A stretch of 63,972 nt of DNA, the filler included, from Octopus bimaculoides (lineage: Eukaryota): NCBI RefSeq assembly GCF_001194135.2. It is 4 parts of 4 records of this genome, joined end to end, with 100 filler letters (N's around TTAATTAATTAA, not from the genome) between each part and the next. Parts side by side here need not be neighbours in the genome. Positions count along the whole stretch, not along the records: positions 56,613 to 62,828 come from NC_068985.1; positions 62,929 to 63,972 come from NW_026373677.1; 2 more parts are not named here. The stretch is one strand, 5' to 3'. The translations under genes were made by a program, and so were the position numbers. The notes beneath the pieces were generated by a model. It made no database searches. It was not told where the DNA came from and saw only the letters and a list, made by a program, of their open reading frames with translations. Of this stretch, positions 59,720 through 63,972 are shown piece after piece. Position 1 is the first letter of the stretch, and each line of letters starts with the position of its first letter.

Positions 59720-59771
59720 ATGTTACCAAAGACTTCGAAACAGCTTCAGTGTCCATCCAATTTTACCTCAG
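59720..59771 (+). CDS. Possible first coding segment MLPKTSKQLQCPSNFTS| (phase 1)
   Basis: ATG 59720, donor CAG|GTTGGA at 59772. A branch point (ttctaac) and acceptor (ttcag at 59843) follow 72 nt later, but that splice gives an immediate stop, so the structure is uncertain. Confidence 0.22.
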
Positions 59772-60539
59772 GTTGGAAACAAAGCTGTCTTCGAAAATGG
59801 AACGTTTTTTGTATTTCTAACATTTTGCCTCCTCATATTTCAGCATGAATTTTTGTATGAGGGGATTGGGGAGAGGTGTTTACCACCATTATGATAACAA
59901 CAGCTTAAACAAATAAACGCCGCCAGCTAAAAGTTTGTAAAAATATCCTATCACAGATTAAAAATCGGGAAGCTAAATATGAATGAAGAGTAACAACATC
60001 GAACAAACAGAAAGATAGTGAATTTACAAAAGAAAAATTGTCGTAATATTAACTTAAACATGCGTAGTGAAAATGCAAGCAGCAACATTAACTTGCTCAA
60101 GTTTTACCAAAACTGAAATAACTATAATCTCCATATAAGAAACGTTAATTCGAAAACCACACAAATGTGTCTTGCACTAGAGAAGTGTGAGGCGTAGCGG
60201 AAAGAAAAGTTCTGTGACAGTACCACGTAATAATAAAAAATACGTTTTTCCCTGAGATTATCACAAAAGCTCGAGAAAGAAGAAAAAAGAAAAGTGGTCA
60301 ATTAGTGCTGGGATCCTCTTAGTAAACTGAGAAGATCATATGATACTATATGCATCACTTTTATAACTGCAGATGACACAAAGAAGCTAATTTAGTGCAA
60401 TACAAACTTGCCCATAGTTAATCTCACAATGCATGGGACGAGAAAATACTAGAATTGTCATTAAAGATATCAGAGACTCAATGGCATGTTGTTGCTACTA
60501 CTACCTTTGCCATTTTTCCCCCTTTCGGCTTCTTTAGAT

Positions 60540-60950
60540 CCTCTGAGCATAGCGCCTTTAAATTGTAATTGCTATCAGATGATAGCGGTCATGCTTTCTG
60601 CTCTACATTACCAGGCTTAACGCTTTTCTCTCTGCTCCTGCTACGGGTTACAATTTTGTGGTCTTCGGGGATCATAAGGTCTTGTACTCGTATGTCAACA
60701 AAGCCGCCAACGAGCCACATATCACCAATGGTATCATCAGTATTGAACACTTATCCGCAATATGCTAAGAAATTTATCATAAACTTAGAGTCGAGGTCAT
60801 CTATGATGTCTTTAATGACAATCCTGGTATTTTCTCGAAAGAGATCACCCCATCGTCGATTCCAACAGCTGACCAGAATGGCCAGGAGACATTTAAAAGA
60901 AAAGTTACCTTCTCCAATTAATGCCAACTCATAAAGATCGGTTTCCTAGT
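60540..60950 (-). pseudogene. Decayed coding fragment, tentatively L1/Tx1-type ORF1 (RRM-like)
   Basis: Minus frame ...ILVSCWNRRWGDLFRENTRIVIKDIIDDLDSKFMINFLAYCG*VF...DIRVQDLMIPE; frame supported by a 34-nt inverted paralog (60439-60472) differing only at synonymous sites. Confidence 0.45.
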
Positions 60951-60974
60951 TTCCATGGCGTATAAATTCCCAAC

Positions 60975-61150
60975 CTGGATGGGACGCCGGTTCGTCGCAG
61001 GATTACTTATTTTTGTCAGCTGAGTGGACTGGAGTAATGTGAAATGAAGCGTTTTGCTGAAGAACACAATGCGTCGCCCGATCCAGGAATTGAAACCACA
61101 ATCTTATTATCTGAGTCAAACACCCTAACGACTAAGTCACGTGCCATCCA
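60975..61150 (-). mobile_element. SINE family V
   Basis: Reverse complement of 5455-5690. Confidence 0.75.
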
Positions 61151-62063
61151 TCCCCAGGAGACATTTTCCCCACCCTAACCAGCAGCATCCTTCAACTCTA
61201 TCGTCAAGGGACAATATAGAAGAGATAGAGAACAAATATGAATAATATACATCTGGACGTATCAGATAAGGAAAGAAATGGAGAAAGGAATCCGACAACG
61301 TTAATAGAATACACTGAAAGAAAAGACGAACTAAAAATAATGCGGAAGAACATGTCTTACTCGGACTATTTGAAAATCATAAACATGATGAACTCACAAA
61401 GCTACAAGAAAAACGGATGAAGAGTAATGATTTAATTGACATACAAATAGGCGCCGGTTTTCTCGAAGACTCGAATGTTAGACTGCTTGGTTATATACAG
61501 TTATTGTAATCAACTAATGTGCAACTATACACAGAACGTGGCTGACTACTAACACATTCCGACACCACAATTGTAGGAATGGGATGTCGTGGTTCCTTCT
61601 GCTTCTTGAGAGTATGGATACATGATTTACAGATGCTACACTTTGGGAAATAGGTAATGAAATGGTTCATTGCGATGAAGTATTGAAAGGACGACAGGTT
61701 GGCTTGGCATGCGTTGTGATGTGCTTCTAATGTGCTTACGAAAGCGATTGGCAAGGCAACGACCTGTCTTTCAAATATAAAGTGCACCATAAAGTTTACA
61801 GTTGAGGTAATATATAAGGGTGGAAGCTATACAACAGAGGTTTTAGGAAATATGATACAGTGACATAAGACTGGTGAGGGTTGCTGTTTTGTTAATAGAC
61901 GAGCAAGTTTTGCATCTTCAGCGAGCGTGTTTAAAACCAGCGTGGTTCGGCGATGTGGAGCTACTAACTAGGAAGTTGCCGAGGTTGGCGATGCGGAGTA
62001 GTTCGAAAAAATATACATATATGTGTATATATACGTGTATATATGTATATATATATATATGTA

Positions 62064-62125
<62 letters not shown>

Positions 62126-62591
62126 ATTCAATAATAGGATAACGTCTTTATAAGAATTTATCAAGTAGTTAGCGTGAAAAAACCTCATAAGGGGAAAAAA
62201 CCATCGTTTATTCCCTATAAATATATTTATTTATATTAGGGCATTACTATACAATAATGCCTCACGCTAAGAGGGACTCTAAAAGTCAAACTACCGAATG
62301 TATGTATGCGTGTATGTATATACATACATACATACATACCAATCTTGAGGAATTACGCTTCTCAAAACCATAAAGGAGAAAGCTAATTCGAAGATTACAG
62401 ATCCAATACATCACTGGAACTGTAAAAATCTGTAAAACTTTCCAGAAGTTTATCATTCAAATATATATGAACATGTCTAGGTATGAAACTATATGCATAA
62501 GAATACATACATAAAACATACAAATTTGCACATGCATACATACATACATACATACATACAAATCTGCACATGCATACATACATACATACAT

Positions 62592-62828
62592 ACCCTGTTG
62601 TTGATGTTGAAATTCCAATGAAGGAGCTTTGGATTTAGGTTAGAAACCGGTTCTTTCTCTATTGACAAGAAATTTTGAAATAAACTGAATAATTATTTAC
62701 ATTATCTACATTTGACGGATATTCGTCCTCATCTTGTTTGTTGTTAACACAACGTTTCGGCTGATATACCCTCCAGCCTTCGTCAGGTGTCTTGGGGAAA
62801 TTTCGAACCTGGGTTCTCATACCTATCG
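62592..62828 (-). mobile_element. Penelope-like pseudo-LTR fragment, family P1, carrying a hammerhead
   Basis: Contains the hammerhead at 62746-62791; part shared with 44224-44322; truncated by the artificial join. Confidence 0.6.
62746..62791 (-). ncRNA. Minimal type I hammerhead ribozyme with canonical core
   Basis: Minus: gacac CTGACGA A ggctg-gagggtatat-cagcc GAAAC GTT gtgtt. Helix I 4 WC + GU, helix II 5-6 bp, helix III replaced by ACGU palindrome, GUU triplet. Confidence 0.75.
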
Positions 62829-62928
62829 NNNNNNNNNNNNNNNNNNNNNNNNNNNNNNNNNNNNNNNNNNNNTTAATTAATTAANNNNNNNNNNNNNNNN
62901 NNNNNNNNNNNNNNNNNNNNNNNNNNNN
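62829..62928. other. Artificial 100-bp join (44 N + TTAATTAATTAA + 44 N)
   Basis: Same as 25262. Confidence 0.93.
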
Positions 62929-63218
62929 TATATATATATATATATATCTGTGCCTGTGTACGTGTACATATATATATGTATTAATACATACACATATGCA
63001 TACATATACATACATATATATATTTATTAATATACATTATGATATATTTATATATATATAAATATAAATGTATGTATACATGCATATATATGTATATGAA
63101 TAGATGTATGTGTATACATTTATAAATTTATAAAAGTATATGTATATATATATATAAATATATATATTCATACACATCTATATATAATATATATATACAT
63201 ATACATATATATGCATGC

Positions 63219-63249
<31 letters not shown>

Positions 63250-63376
63250 CACTTATATATATATGCATATAAATAGTTGAAATTTACAAAAAATAAATCA
63301 ACAACAACAAATGACGAAAACGGGTGTGTGAACAACAAACAGATGTATTAGTTTAACGCTCGGGAAGTGAGAAAGT

Positions 63377-63412
63377 CTTTTACGTTTCGAGCCTACGCTC
63401 TTCGACAGAAAG
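63377..63412 (-). ncRNA. Minimal type I hammerhead-like motif, core variant CUGUCGA (family P2, 63290-63430)
   Basis: Minus: cttt CTGTCGA a gagc-gtag-gctc GAAAC GTA aaag; A6->U. Confidence 0.5.
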
Positions 63413-63920
63413 GAACACAGAAATAAACAGAAAATTTTTAAAAAATACATATATATACATATATGCGTATATATATGTATATAGGTATGTATGTATAAAA
63501 CCATATAAAGACACATCTAAAAGTATGCGTATACCTGATTACATCATTTCACCTCTTCTTCTCTTGTGTTTATCGTTTGTGTTATTTTCTAAAACATTTG
63601 TTACATTATCTTCATATTTTAATTTTTGTTCTGCCTTCATTTTTTATCTTATATATTTTCTGATTATTTCATTTTGATAATTATAGATAGGTACACATAC
63701 AGTCATACCTAACCATACATCTACACAGATATAGATAGATACATATATAAATATACGTATGTATATACGCATAAATATACACGCATGCACGCAATATTAC
63801 ATACGTGTAATTCTCGGTAGTATATCATTCTGCTTTATTTGCGTTTTCTATTTTCAATATTTGCCTTTTGGTCGTTATTTTATCTCTTACACATTTCAAA
63901 AAAAGTAATCATTTATCCTT

Positions 63921-63954
<34 letters not shown>

Positions 63955-63972
63955 ATATATGTATATATATAT

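Noticed and set aside
56172-59771. Gene model joining ATG GCA G| to an acceptor at 59717 (MADMLPKTSKQ...)
   Set aside because: Phases fit, but the pieces are on different sides of the join at 56513 and the peptide is unrecognised.
60569-60934. 121-aa plus-strand ORF in the track
   Set aside because: The synonymous-change pattern supports the opposite strand as the ancestral coding frame.
61491-61790. EAHH...CSICK as an integrase HHCC zinc-binding motif
   Set aside because: Spacing only loosely fits and no DDE core follows in any frame.
1-63972. CRISPR arrays, rRNA genes, prokaryotic operons
   Set aside because: No repeat-spacer array with unique spacers and no rRNA-like sequence; the DNA is clearly eukaryotic and repeat-derived.

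Overview
Eukaryotic, repeat-saturated draft sequence with many N gaps. Its SINE/RTE/Helitron content and [11 protein letters not shown]-type C2H2 fingers point to a coleoid cephalopod, probably Octopus (inference, no database check). Three 100-bp spacers (44 N + TTAATTAATTAA + 44 N at 25262, 56513, 62829) are artificial joins, so the window is four blocks whose adjacency is not sequenced. Host-gene content: one clean calcium-binding EGF exon (414-533, +); a C2H2 zinc-finger locus (-) with 12 intact fingers flanked by decayed fingers and hit by a 43-nt retroelement tail; two well-formed candidate Pol II promoters (CRE+CCAAT+E-box+TATA at ~55.9 kb; E-box+TATA+Inr at ~59.2 kb). The rest is mostly nested mobile DNA: a near full-length decayed Helitron (9010-~17690) and two non-autonomous Helitrons, all in (TA)n; a 5'-truncated RTE LINE with a PHD-like finger; HERO-, R4/Dong- and L1-like remnants; a mariner remnant; four hAT MITEs; foldback elements; four tRNA-derived SINE families. 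The most notable signal is a set of type I hammerhead-ribozyme folds in Penelope-like repeats: one with a canonical core (62746-62791, -), a head-to-head inverted pair (6527-6625) and three core variants. No CRISPR, rRNA or intact tRNA genes are supported.
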